Positions 37,022-50,236 of a DNA stretch of 64,000 nt are shown piece after piece. The stretch comes from Camelus dromedarius (lineage: Eukaryota): the NCBI RefSeq assembly GCF_036321535.1, contig NC_087437.1:114392001-114456000 (forward strand), in the 5' to 3' direction. The notes below the pieces were generated by a model. It did no database searches, was not told the origin of the DNA, and saw nothing but the letters and a program-made list of their open reading frames with translations. Each line of letters opens with the position of its first letter. Positions within the stretch are counted from its first letter, which is position 1. The translations under genes were made by a program, and so were the position numbers.

Positions 37022-38079
37022 GACAACAGCCAGCCAGACAGTGTGAAAGAGAGGGGTCTACCCACCCCATCAGGACCAGGGCAGCCAAAAGATGTCATTC
37101 AAGAAGGAAAGGAATCAAGCAAAAAAGCTGATGGGGCAGGGGTGGGGATGGAGAGCAGTCCTGGGCACTTCCGGTTTGATATTGCCTATTTGAACAGAAT
37201 TTTGCTCAAATTTAAAGTTAAAAAAAGAAAAATAAAAAATAGTCATGGGTAACATAGGCCAAAACCTTGATGGGAGACGGCTGACCAGTTCTCTGGATCC
37301 AGGGGTCCTGAGACAAATGCCATCAGTAGGCAATCCAAGTAAGGAAGGTGCAGCAAAGGTGGAAGGAAAGGGAATGAGGCCCACGGGGAAGATACACCAT
37401 AAATGTGCAGGCCTGGGGATCTGCCACTCAAAGGAAATGGCCAGCAGTTATTTCTGAAAGTGAGAAACATGCACAGAAAACACAAGCATCGAAAAAGGAG
37501 GGCTGTGGAGTGGGGGAAGGAGTGACCGGGGCTTCAATGAGTCTACGTTCCTACTTTTAATTTCCTTAACTAGAAAAAAAAGGCTTCTGTGTAACGATGC
37601 TTTTAAAACCCCTAAGTGGAAACCCTAGTGGGAAATGATCAGCGTGAGCTGGCAGAGAACAAATCGTCTCACTTTTATCTTACTTCGCTGTAAGAGAAGC
37701 CACAGCCTTTACAGCAGAATAAACGGGTGTCATTCGCTTTCATTTTTTCAAGATTTTTATTTAATCTAATCAAGATATTGGAATTTGGGGTAGGATCAAC
37801 TACACTAGGAGGGCAGACAGAGTTACAGTCTTGAGGTGCACTCAGATCTGGACACCGCCTCCCGATCCGCCTCAGCTCAGCTCCCCGACCGGCTGTGCCC
37901 TACACTGCACCAGGAGCTCCCGCAGACGCTCCACCTCCACACAGCCCGACTGAGCTCACCCCACTTCCTCTTCCACTTTCCCCACCTGCTCTGCCCGCTC
38001 TCTTCTAGAGCTCGGTTAGTGAAGTCCCCACCCAAACAATTTCCAATGTTAGGAATATTTTGGCACATCTCTGCTTAAA

Positions 38080-38800
38080 GTAACTCTGGGAACTCCCTCA
38101 TCTATAGGATAAGATCCAAACCTTTCCAGCTCGGCAGAGAAAAGCCCTCCACGTCAGGTCCCTCATCCATCTTTCAAACCCTCCCTATCCTGTGTTCCCC
38201 GCACACCCAAGGGTCCTGCAAGACTCCACACCCAGTCACGTTCCAGCGCCCTTGGACACACTCCCTGCATTTGGGATGCCCTCCTACTCTTCTTTGACTA
38301 GGGAGCTGCTACCCTACTTCAAGGCTCTCCTGGGGCATCACCTCTTCTGTGAAGCCCTCCCGAAGCCCCCAGGAGGTCTGTCTGTCTCTCTTTCACTGTC
38401 TCACGGTCTTGGGTTTATAGAAGAGCACTCACTCTGCTGACTGGTCACCATTCTGTTTTTCAGGCTCTCTTCCCCAGCAGGCTGTTACAGGGCACGGAGA
38501 TGTCTTCTTAATCCTCGTAACTGAGCAGTAAGCACCTCAGTCACCTTAACTTAAAACTGCAACATACACACATCCTGTACTAACAATACACATACTTTGC
38601 CTGTTTGTTTATTATCTGTCTCCCTTCACTAGAATATGAGCCCCGTGAGAGAAGGTATTTTGGTCGATTCTGTCCTCCCCTCTACCACCAATTCCCAGAC
38701 TAACACCTGGTATGTGGTGGGCACTTAATAAATATTTTGATAATATGCATCCAAAATGATTAGAATGGTGTCTGGCACATTCAACATATTAGTTGTTGAA
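38080..38800 (+). mobile_element. L2 fragments
   Basis: TATAGGATAAGATCCAAACC, TGTCTCCCTTCACTAGAATATGAGCCCCGTGAG, GGCACTTAATAAATATTTT. Confidence 0.8.
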
Positions 38801-39634
38801 ATGCTGAAGTCCCACCTGCCTCTTAGAAATTTTTTTTGGCTTCCTTCCACCGTTTTTTACACGTCCTCTGAAGCCCTGCAATGGCCACAGCGAGGTTCCA
38901 CAGCTCTCAGCACTTTGGTCCATTAATGTATTTTAATCATGTCTCCCTAAGGAGATTATAAAAAATTCCAAAGGCAGGTGCCACATCCTTTAAGGAAGAT
39001 AAAATTAAATACAACTAGCTCCAGGTGCTTCCAAACTTATTTTTTCACTTAGTTTTCTCCCAAACATCTACAAAATTATTTCATTATTCTTATTCGGCGT
39101 GTGAGGGAACTGAGGTGCTGACTTATTTAAGAAGCAAAATCAGGATTTGAACCAGGTTTTACTCTAAGTTCGGTTTCTTTTCACTATCCCACACTGCCTC
39201 TGGGTTAGTATAGTTCATTGTTAATTTTTCCAAAAATATAGAAAAGCCAAAAGAAGAAAAACAATCACGCACAAACTCATAGTCCAAAGACAATCACTAT
39301 TAACTGATTCTACAATCTGATCTTTTTTATTCTACATATTTTTAAATAATTGTCAGCATATTATACATAAAAATTGGTTATACCAACTTTCTGATTAATA
39401 TTTTAAGTTTGTGTCTCTTCTTTTTTCTCTTGTGAATTATCTTTTTTTCCCCTACTCACCTATTTGAGGTCTTAATAATCTTATATACTTTATAAAAAAA
39501 TACTTTCTTACCCCTTTTTTGAATTATTTCCTATGCTATTTCTCAATTATCTTACCTGATAAGTGCCTAGCATTATGCTGAACACAACATGGGTGTGACA
39601 TAACATTGTTGGTTAATCATTTAAAATTGTTTAC

Positions 39635-40125
39635 CCAACCAAGTGATCAGGGCTGACATCATCAAGAATAAGTCATATTGATATCATGTCTTCCTGAAAT
39701 GACATGGTAGGAAAGACACATCATCTCTGTGGTCTTCGTCTTCTGCCCTTTTAAAAGTCCATAACCCCAGTCTCATCATGAGAAAACAGCAAACAAACTC
39801 AAGCTGAGGGACATTCCACGAAATACTTGACCAAGACTCTTCAGAAATGTCAAGGTCTTGAAAGACAAGGAAATACTGAGGAAATGCCACAGATATCCTG
39901 GATTAGATTGTCTATACAAGAAGGACATTAGTAGACCAGCTAGTGGAATCAGTAAAGTCTGTCGTCTAAGGCATAGTACTGCACCAGTGTTGATGTCTGA
40001 GTTTTGATAAGATGCCACGTTGATAAGATGCTGACAGCGAGGGAGCCCGGGTGAAGAGCATCAGGAACTCCCTGTACTAACTTGCCGACTCCTCTGTAAA
40101 TGCAGTTATTTCAACATAGAAAGGT
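39635..40125 (+). mobile_element. L1MC4-like 3' region
   Basis: CATAACCCCAGTCTCATCATGAGAAAACAGCAAACAAACTCAAGCTGAGGGACATTCCAC...AATGTCAAGGTCTTGAAAGACAAGGAAA. Confidence 0.85.
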
Positions 40126-40589
40126 TTTTTTTTCCCTTTAAGTGATTCACTCTGGGTACACACGTAACTAGCGTCCTTTCGCACAGGAGCGCAGATCTAC
40201 CCAGCACAACCTGAGCTCTTTCATCAACAGCCTTAAACGACAGAACAGAAGAGCCGTCTGTTGGCTTCATGAGAGACTAGAGGACACCTAACACCCAGAA
40301 ACAGATATTATGTATTGGATGTGAGTTCGCAAAGTTGGGAAAGAGATCAGAAACAAGATTAGGCCAGTAAGACAGGTCAAAATCACCTTTCAAAGGCAGA
40401 AAAAGTGGGCCAGACAAACGAAAGACGAGGTCTCCTAAAGCAGCAGCAGCCGAGATTCTGAAGTTGAACCCTAACACGGTCCATCTCCAGTTGGTTGGGG
40501 ACCTAAGGAAAGTAAATAACCTTCCAGAGTCGTGTCTTCTTCAACGTGAAGCTGAAATCTTGGTATCACTCTTCGAGGACACTAGCGTA

Positions 40590-40720
40590 GGGATCACTGA
40601 ACTTTCTTCCTAGGATGAGAAATATTTCAGGTTTTCTGGGTCAGATGGTCTCTGTCCCAGCTACTCAACTCTGCCAGTATAGCTTAAAAGCAGCCACGGA
40701 CAGCACATGAAGTGTGGCCA
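40590..40720 (+). mobile_element. MER58A-like hAT fragment
   Basis: GGTCTCTGTCCCAGCTACTCAACTCTGCCAGTATAGCTTAAAAGCAGCCACGGACA. Confidence 0.75.
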
Positions 40721-41159
40721 GGATCTCAAAGAAGACACTAGCTGGGGAAAAAGAAGAAAAAGAGGAGGAGATTGACAACTTCCATATGCCACAGAACGGC
40801 CCCCATTCCACTGCCAGGATAATGGCAGGAGTCGCACAGAGGACAGCGCCCTTCATTTCCAAACGTAAATCTTGTTCATGTATTAGCAACCCAGGAATAC
40901 AGAAGCTGTAACATGTGTGCTGTTATTTTTAAATATTCAGTACAACTAGAGAAGACCAGAAAAATTAATGGAGTGGATGAAACTCAAAGAATATATTACT
41001 TAGAAAGTAAGTAAGCTAGTGGCTTGTGTAATGCAGGTGAAATTCACTGACATGTTAAGTAACAAATAAGTTAACCACAGATAGTACATAAGCAGATAGC
41101 GTAATCCAGAAGATATGTGTATCTCAAAATAGTATAGCCATATAGAATGTACGCAAATA

Positions 41160-41339
41160 GTCCTCTTCTTATAGGCATATAAATCATACTGGATTAGGGC
41201 CCACCCTAGTGACCTCATTGTAATTTAATTACCTCTGCAAAGATCCTATCGCTAAACATGGTCACACTGTGAGCTTCTGATGGTTAGGACTTAAACGTAT
41301 AAATTCAGCTGGGATAGGGGACACAGTTTAGTCATAACA
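41160..41339 (-). mobile_element. MLT1 LTR fragment (MLT1A/B/C-like)
   Basis: TCATACTGGATTAGGGCCCACCCTAGTGACCTCATTGTAATTTAATTACCTCTGCAAAGATCC, ending CATAACA. Confidence 0.82.
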
Positions 41340-41670
41340 CTTAGCTTTTCCACCTTCTGATGCCACCTGCATTTCGTGGCTCATGGTCGCTTTGTCTGTC
41401 TTCAAAGCCAGCAGTACAGCATCTTCAAATAGACATTGATCTCTCTGACCTCTGCTTCCGTCATCACATCTTCTCTGACTCCCCAGCCTCCCACTTTCCT
41501 AAAAGGACCCTTGCGATTACATTGGTCCCACCAGATAATCCAGGAGAACCTCTCCCTCTCAGGATCCTTCATCACATCTGCGAAGTCCCTTCTTCCATGT
41601 AAAGTTACACACTCATAGTTCTCAGGCTAACACGTGGGCCTCTTTGGGGGCCGTTATCCTGCCTGATACA
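41340..41670 (-). mobile_element. MLT1D-like LTR fragment
   Basis: AGGACCCTTGCGATTACATTGGTCCCACCAGATAATCCAGGA...TTTGGGGGCCGTTATCCTGCCTGATACA. Confidence 0.82.
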
Positions 41671-43369
41671 ACCAGTCAGCAGGTTAACTGGTGACTAACA
41701 GCTGTTGGCTAGACATCTTTCCAACAGAGCAAGGGTGTGCTGGTTACAGGCATCTTCCAACTACCCTTTGCTTAACCTCAACTCTAGTCCTTGTAAATGC
41801 ACCATGGACAGGAAAGGCTGATGCAGCAGATATAGAGTCAGAAGACAGCCCAGGGTTCTAGAATCCTGGAAGTATGGTCCTTCCACCCCTCAGGCGTTCA
41901 TCACCCCATCAATTTCTCACTGCCTTTCATGGTACGTTTTGAATTGACTGCATAAGATGTGATTTGAGCATCTTATCTGGTCTGTGAGCCTTTCTGTTCC
42001 ATGACAGCTGGGACAGCCTGCCTGGTGGGATATGAGAGGCTGTTACTCCATCTAGGTCATTTTCCACATGCCATCAGCTTTCATACAGAAGCAGATTTCT
42101 GAGCCAACAGAACACGGTGAAACTTGATGGAGGAGGACATGTGGGGCTTGGGCTCAGAGAGGGTGGAGATGAGTGGAATCCAACAGTGAGCAGCCCAGGA
42201 TCCCATGAAGGCCTCAGCATCAGAGGACTGGGGGCAACAGAGCATCCGCCATGGAGGAGAAGGACCCAGCCGGCCAACTTCCCCTAGACCAGCCCTGCCT
42301 GGCGGTGCCCAAGGCTCATGCCAGGCCACATTCCAGGGCATTGTGTCAACATGCTTGGAGGCAGTTAGAACGTGGAAGTGTGGGTAATCTGACAGTCGAG
42401 ACATGAACAGGAGGGCCAGGAAAGGAACAGCAAACAGAACTCCTGTTTCCTCTTTTGTGTTGTTTCTGACCCATGACTTTCATAATTTGTGAAATTCACA
42501 GCAGAAAAAGAATGTTAAAAGACTCATGCATACGTAAGTTTAAAACTCTTTCTGCCCTTTTCCCAAAATACCAAAAACAGAAGTATTTCAGATTTCAGGA
42601 AAGAAATACACATTTAATTTTTTTAAAAGGAACACCATTGGAAAAACACTGAACTGCTCCTGTATACCAAAAGCTGACTTTTAGAAATGAATTTATTTTT
42701 ACTTCAAAAAGGCTTTAAAATGTTAATAACCTTTTAATTCAATGTCAATCTTTTAAAACTACAAAAAGAGCTTTTCTCAGTAGTAATTGCCGCATTTCAA
42801 ACCCCTACTTTTTGGATCTTTTTTGAAAATGGGAATAAAATACATACTATCTGGGGAAAGAACATGGAGAGTTTTAAGGGCCATGCCAAAAACACTGCCC
42901 TTTAGATTCCAAATTCTAGACCAGGATGAGCCCACGTGTGTTGGCTACATTACGCCCATCACAGGGACTGGGATAAGTGCTTCCTTCAGTGATGAGCGTC
43001 CTTAATAATGCGTGGTGACCACTCACTGGCCTCTCCAAGTGACAGAAGAAGATCCCCTGAACCCTGTGGAGCTGGGTAATCGAATCCATACAGTAGGGTG
43101 ATGAAAAGCAACCTTTTCTCACAGAAACCTTCAGAGTTAAGCTTTCAGGAAATACATAATACAGGTGTCAGGCAAGGAGAAAATAGCTTATTTTCAAAAC
43201 AGAACCATCCAGCTTTCCTACCCCTAATGTGTCTTATGTGAAGAGGCGCTACATGAGAAATACTTCCCAAAACGCAGATACAATCCTAGTTTCAGAATCC
43301 CCTGGTGTGGCCCTGAGTTTATAACAAAAAGGAGTATCATTTGCAAACATATAACAAAAAAAAAATGTA

Positions 43370-43820
43370 TTTTAAAAGGATGGAGAATTCTTCCTGAGAA
43401 AGTTTGCATTTTGCTTCCATATCAAGAATACATTTGTCTTCCCTTTAATTTCAATTATAGATATTTATTCTAAGGAATTAATCAGATATGTGAAAAAATG
43501 CATATATAACAATATTTATTTCAGCATCATTTCCAAATTAAATTTGGAGAAACCTAAGTGTCCACCAATAGGAAAATATTAAACAAAGTGAAGCACAGGC
43601 CAAAGATGAGATAATATGTTGCCATTCAAAACTGGAGAGTATTTAGTAACATGGGGATATGTTCATGATATAATGTAATAGGAAAAGGAGGTTATAAAAT
43701 TATAAATACAATCTGATTTCAATTTTGTCTCTAAAATGGTAAGAACTATTATTTTCATGACACTTTCCTGTTTTTCCCAAATTTTCTACGCTGGAAATGT
43801 GTCAGTTCCATAATCAGAGG
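43370..43820 (+). mobile_element. Old L1ME 3' region
   Basis: TGGAGAAACCTAAGTGTCCACCAATAGGAAA and AACATGGGGATATGTTCATGATATAATGT. Confidence 0.7.
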
Positions 43821-46800
43821 AGGGAAGATATATTATTCAAAGAAATGGATTTATCCCATAAGACTCTCCCCTTCCAGTGCTACTATTTTTACAATAGCCC
43901 AGCACGTGGGTGTGAGAAGAAGCCGCAGTGACCACAACCCTCTGAGCTGTTTCTCCCCAGACCCCAGCAAGGTATCCCCCTGGTTAAGACTGTGTCTGTG
44001 TCCCCATAGGAAACACTACAGACACTCCAGGGAACCAGCCAAACTATAACTTTTCAGGTGGGTCCTGTCCATTCAACAATAGACGATCCTGCCCCCAGTC
44101 ATCAGAGATCAGCAGTTCAACAAATGCACTGTCCGCCTAAATGACGCTGTTTACAGGGTCCTAGACACAGAGGGTGGCGTCAGAGTGTGTGTGTGCAGCC
44201 TGTGGGCAAGAGAGAAGGAGAGAGAGAGAAACAGGAGGGGGGGGGGGGGTGCCGGGAGGGGAAGCAAGGAGAGGAGGGGAGGAAGAAAGGGAGAGTGTTC
44301 ACACAAATGACTCAAGTCTGTGCCTGGCTAATTTTAAAATTCGCTGACTCTCAAATTTTCCTAGCATTTCCAGGATTGAGAAGAACACATCCCTAATCCC
44401 GACCACAGGAGAATAGCCCCTCTGTTCCGTCTTCCAACAACACAACATGAACATCACCAGCTTGGTCTTATGCGTCTGTGTACACAGTCGTCTAGAGCAC
44501 TTGAAACTGGTGCCCAGCGAAAAGGGAGAACTGAGCGCTTCTTTCAACAGGATTTCCTCGCCTGAGCTCCGGGCATTATCTGCATGAATTAATGTGTCTG
44601 CATATTAATACAGATCTAGTACGGATACCGAGAGACATCTAGCGGCCAGTTGGGGGGAAAACAGGGCAACATACAGACCACATGGAGGAAGCGATGTGTC
44701 TTCCCCCTACAATCGCACTTTATTTGGTAAATAATTATTAAACATCTAATGTGTCTAGGCACAAAGCCAACCTTGGGGGAATACAAGGGACAAGACCAAA
44801 AAAGGAGAGAGAGAAGAATTTCCCATAATTTGTAAATATATCTCATCAGAAAATGTCTTTCTTTTGCTGTTTCTATTTATGAAAGACAGAACAAAATCTC
44901 ACACTCAGAACATCTCTTGAAGGAAATAAAATTATTTGCTTTCCTATGGTAAGACAATGCTTTTCCAAAAGCTCTAGAAATAAAAGTATATGCTAGCTAG
45001 GTCAGTAATTCCAAATTTGCAATTTCAATACTTGCAACAGGCTGTTTTCTTTCTGATTTTTATAATTTCCCCATATTCCTTCTCCCAAACCAGAGGACTG
45101 AGCAGTATAAAAATAGTGCCTTTAAAGTGAGTTTATATGAATTTTTTCTGATAATTTTAGAAATTAGTTTCATAACATCCTTTGCATTAATCAGTTCAAA
45201 CTTTAGGCTCACAAACTAACCAAGAGTTAATATAAAACAGCCAAATTCTGAATTCAGGTCTCTGTAATACTATCAATAATTTGTATAGAGGAACTTCTCT
45301 ATGTTTAAGAATGGAAAAGGAGCCGTGTGTGTGTGTGTTTAATCTTTGACTACCTCCTTCCACTAAGAAATAGCAATATGTGGAAATTCTAGGCTGTATT
45401 TTATCTTTGATTAAGTCGTAACGTATTGCATATATAAAAAGGCACATTGCAGACCACACCAACATCAGTTTCTTTTCCTTATAAGAGAAGGAAAACAATA
45501 CTCTGTCCACGGAGTGCTAGAGAGGTTTGTGAGCAATTGTAAGGAAGAAAGGTTGGTACCTTCCCTCCGGGCAGGGCCGGTGACAATCCAAATCACCAGA
45601 TCTCGTAAGACCCACACAAGTAAAAGCAACTCAACTTAGAGTTTATCTTATTTAGGAGTTTTGCTAAATAAGAAATACAGGACATGCCATTTAGTTTAAA
45701 AGCAAAGACTAAGAAACATTAAATTATTCTGTAAATGCAATAAGTGAAGATAAGTTCCAGTTCCACGTTATGTACATTTCAGGGAAAGCAGCAGTGACAG
45801 GAGTGGGAGAGTCTGGAAAGAAGACAGATTATGAGCCCAGCGTGGGTCTTACCATTCGCCACATGCCCTGAAGGCAGGATGGCTTTCTGTGGGAAAACCT
45901 CAACCCTTTAGAGTAAAAGAATGAGTATATCTTGCCAAAATTTTTTACATAAAAAATACGTGTAATGTAGCCATTGATACCTTCTTGTACTCCCTCACTT
46001 CCTTCCCAAGTCATCCAGGTCCCGCTCCCTGCAGCCCCCTCCCAAAGCCCTCCAGCCCGCACCACGTCCACGGAGCTGGCTGAGCCTCTGTGACCTGTTC
46101 CACAGCCCTGCTCTCTCCCACAGCAGCCTGGGTCACTTCTTTCCAGGCCCGCATCAGCCCCGTGCCCACTGCAGAAAAGCCAGGGCGGGGAGCTCACTCA
46201 ATGTCCTGCCTGTCACAGCTGAACCCCTTTCTTCTCAGCTATCTACACAGTCAGGACTCTGAAAAGCTCACCTGCCACCATCGTCTCAACAAGTATCTTC
46301 CACACGCCTTTGAATTCCAGCAGCACGCCAGGCTGACATGCACGGGGATGAACTGAGATAGCGCCTGGGTCAGACCTGTTCAGCCCCGTGAGTGCTGCAT
46401 ATACACGGTTACACACACACACAGAACCTTTGATCACGATAATTTTATGAGATAAATGAGTAACTAGCCCCCACCATTATAAAGCCGAGCTCGCTCGCCC
46501 CTGATTTCAAAAGCTTTGGCTGGCCAGAGAGGGGGCCAGGTCAACACTGCTATGCCAGGAGAAAGGACTGTGTGCTTCCAAATGAAAAATACCCAGAGAA
46601 ATTACCAAGGGAGTTTTATTAATGAATCACCTTGGAAGATTTAGAATTTACCTTCAAACAGGCTTTCTCTCGAGCCTCCATTCATGACAGCACACGCATG
46701 TCTGTATCAGGACAGACCAGTGGCCCAGTGACATCTGCATCAGGCAGTCCCAGCCTGTGCTGTTGTCACAGCCCCCACTAAGGATGGTCATGTTCCCCAC

Positions 46801-47788
46801 TCCCAGTCCATACCCAGGTCTCTCTCAGCCCTGCAGACTCTTGCAGGCTGGCTGTCACCCCTGTAGCCTAAGACAGCCTCAGTTTACACCAGTTAACCTG
46901 ACATAATTATTATTAGCACCCTCTTTTATTCTGAAAAGAGCTCTGGTTTGGATAATAAATCACATGGCCACTCACCTCTTGGGGACACACCTTTCCTATC
47001 TGTTCAGCTGCAGAGTGGGCTGAAACATGGGACATTTGCATTTGTATATTCTTGTGGTTATGCCCTGGCCCCATCCATGGTTCCCCAAGGCTGACGTGGG
47101 CTCCTACTAGACCATCTGTTGGTCCAAGGTAGATGGATCACACGTGCCTTCTGCTCCTGACCTTCCTCTTTCCTCTTTTGGTTGAACTCCAATCAAATCA
47201 GCTGTAACTGTGCATGTACATTCAACAGCAGGGACAAATGCTAATGTATTGGATCCTGTCAATTGCTCTGTAGTAGAAAATAGTTATCTGTAAGTTAGGG
47301 AAGATACTCACTTGTAAGTAATCACCTGTGAAACCTTTTACAGAGGAGTCATTGAAAATGTAGATAGGATGAAATTCATAAACATCATAACTTGTTCATA
47401 ATCACTGGTGACTCTAAAGAAGGCAGCAGAGCATAGTTCCAATGAATTATTAGAACTGACATTTGAGTGTTTATAATTTATGTGTCATCATTATTCTGTC
47501 CAACGGTGGACCCGTACCTACCACCACATGGTAGATACTCAACAAGTATTTGTTGGTTCATTTATTGACAGAAGGGGGACCATTTCTGAGGCCATGTTTG
47601 CAGGCAGCGTCACAGGGGTGGAGAGCTGGGGCAGACGGTCAGACACACCTCTCTCTGCAACCTGGCTCTACCCTCTCAAATCTCTTCCACTTGGAATAGT
47701 CGCTTAACTTCTCTGAGTTTGTTTCCTACTCTGTCAAGCAGGGATGATAGTCACTAACTCCTTAGCATTGTTATAATACTGCACTTAA

Positions 47789-48706
47789 CAACAGATGACT
47801 GGATAAAGAAGATGCGGTATATACACACATACACAATGGAATACTACTCGGCTATAAAAAAGAATGAAATTTTGCCATTCAGAGCAACACGGATGGACTT
47901 GGAGGACATTATGCTAACTGAAGTCAATCAGACAAAGGAAGACAAATACTGTATGATATCACTTTTTTGTGGAATCTAAAAAATACAACCTACTCAGCCA
48001 TAAAAAATAATAAAATAATGCCATTTGCAGCAACATGGATGGGCCTGGAGAATGTCATTCTAAGTGAAGCCAGAAAGAGAAAGAAAAATACCGTATGATA
48101 TCACTTATATGTGGAATCTTAAAAAAAAAAAATAAAAAGGCAAACAAACTTATTTACAAAACAGAAACAGACTCACAGACATAGAAAACAAACTTATGTT
48201 ACCAGAGGGGAAGAGGGTGGGAAGGGATAAACTGGGAGTTCGAGATTTGCAGATACTAACTAATATGCCTAAAACAGATAAACAAGTTTATACTGTATAG
48301 CACAGGGAACTATATTCAATATCTTGTAGTAATCTATGGTGAAAAAGAGTATGAAAATGAATATATGTATGTTCCTATATGACTGAAGTATTGTGCTGCA
48401 CACCAGAAAATGACACAACATTGTAAACTGACTGTACTTCAGTAAAAATGTATAATAAAATAATAGATAAATAAAATTTAAAAATAAAAAATACAACGAA
48501 GTAGTGAATACGACAAAAAAAGTAGACTCAGATATAGAGAACAAGAGTGATTATCACTGGGTCGGGGGGGAGTGGGTACAAACCATTGGGTGTAAGAAGG
48601 CACAAGGATGCATTGTACAACACAGGGAATAGAGCCAATGTTTTGTAATCATGGTACATGGAAAGTAACCTTTAAAATCATATTTTTAAAAATTTTAATT
48701 AAAAAA
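47789..48706 (+). mobile_element. L1 3' end (outer element)
   Basis: Perfect TSD AATACTGCACTTAA at 47775-47788 and 48707-48720. Confidence 0.9.
47990..48484 (+). mobile_element. Young L1 3' end nested in the outer L1
   Basis: Perfect TSD TAAAAAATACAAC at 47977-47989 and 48485-48497; sequence closely matches 54403-54953. Confidence 0.92.
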
Positions 48707-48779
48707 AATACTGCACTTAATGTGCTTACACTGCCTGGTATCTAATAAGCTTTCAATCATTATTTTCATCTAACAAATG

Positions 48780-48930
48780 CTTTTGTTAAGCGTCACACTC
48801 TCTTCTAAACACTTTACAAATATTTAACTTAATCCTCATAACAACCCCATGATATAGAGAATAGATATTGGTCAGATAAAAACTGAGACAGAAAGTTCAG
48901 GCCCCCTACCCAGGGTCTCACAGTTGGTTC
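48780..48930 (-). mobile_element. MIR SINE
   Basis: ACTTTACAAATATTTAACTTAATCCTCATAACAACCCCATGA...CAGATAAAAACTGAGACAGAAAG. Confidence 0.75.
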
Positions 48931-49490
48931 CCACCCAGTCGGTCTGCCTCCAGACGCCACTCTTTTCACCAGCAGGTCAGGAACTCCTCTATTTTCCATA
49001 TTGGTGGAGGCCACAAATGGAATGATTAGGGCCTGGTGAGGCCAGCCGCTCCGTGTAGCTGAGGAAGGAGCTCCACTTGGCATCTGGCACAGAGACTTGG
49101 ACACAAGGACCGTTACTGTCACCAGGACACACCAGGATGGTGACCCACTGAGATCACAAGTAGCCAGATAATTCAAGCTTAAACCCAGATGGTCCCGCAT
49201 CAACTTCTGTTACATTTAAAAAAAAAAAAAAAAAAAAAAAGACTTCTCTTTGTTTCCTCCCTGATTTGATCTAAATCAACACATGGAATCAACACCCAAC
49301 AGCATGGGTTCTCCAGGTAAAGAACCAACTACAAATTATTCCTTCAAATGGAGGTGTTCAGAAGGGTCCTACTGATCTCATTTTTAGAAAAGATACATAA
49401 CTCAAACTTTATGTCAGAGCTATGCTCAGTCAAAACCAGAACTGACTGAGGGCTGGCAGGCCCTCCTGAGCTCAGGTGAGAGGCAGGACC

Positions 49491-49607
49491 TGCGATGGTT
49501 GAATTACGTCCCCCAAAAAAGATACGGTGGCGTCCTAACCCTCGGTACCTCAAAGTGTGACTTGACTTGGAGACAGGGTTTTACAGAGGTAATCATGTTA
49601 AAATGAA
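49491..49607 (+). mobile_element. MLT1 LTR 5' fragment
   Basis: TGCGATGGTTGAATTACGTCCCCCAAAAAAGATAC...TTTACAGAGGTAATCATGTTAAAATGA. Confidence 0.8.
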
Positions 49608-49951
49608 TGTACAGAAGATGAACAAGAAACAGAATAGGCAGGGCCAGATATCTGACTATCTTTTTCCTAATATAAAACATATAGGTCCTAATTCCCTTCA
49701 AATATCTCTTGCCCTGTAGACAAAATATAAATGTCTTTATTTTTAATAAACAAAGGGGGAAAGAATCCTCTATGCAATGTTGTCTTGGAAACACCAACTA
49801 TCTAGTCATGCCAAGGATCAGATAACCTAAAATTAACCAATTAAAGCCTTAACCATTCTTCGTGTAGTCAAAGAATATTCAATAACATGGGGGAATTGTT
49901 TGTACATCAATGTTAAAGGAAAAAAAGCAGGATTCAGAATACAAGTTTGTG

Positions 49952-50236
49952 ACACAAGATATTGACTATAGTTCCCTGTGCTAACCTACTAGTAGGTCCT
50001 TGATGCTTATCTGTTTCATATACAGTAGTGTGTATCTCTTAATCCCAAATTCCTAATTTATCTCTCCCTGCCTTTCCCTTGGTAACCCTAAGTTTGTTTT
50101 CTATGTCTGTAAGTCTGTTTCTCTACTGTAAATAAGTTCATTTGTATCAATTTTTTAGATTCCACATGTAAGTGATTATATGATACTTGCCTTTCTCTGG
50201 CTTACTTCACTTAAGGTCCATCCATGTTAGTGCAAT
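49952..50236 (-). mobile_element. L1 3' UTR fragment
   Basis: CAAGATATTGACTATAGTTCCCTGTGCTA...TTTTAGATTCCACATGTAAGTGAT. Confidence 0.85.

Larger units (their letters stand above)
47680..48760 (+). mobile_element. MIR split by an L1 insertion
   Basis: MIR core CTTAACTTCTCTGAGTTTGTTTCCTACTCTGTCAA on the left; continuation GTGCTTACACTGCCTGGTATCTAATAAGCTTTCAAT after 48720. Confidence 0.65.
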
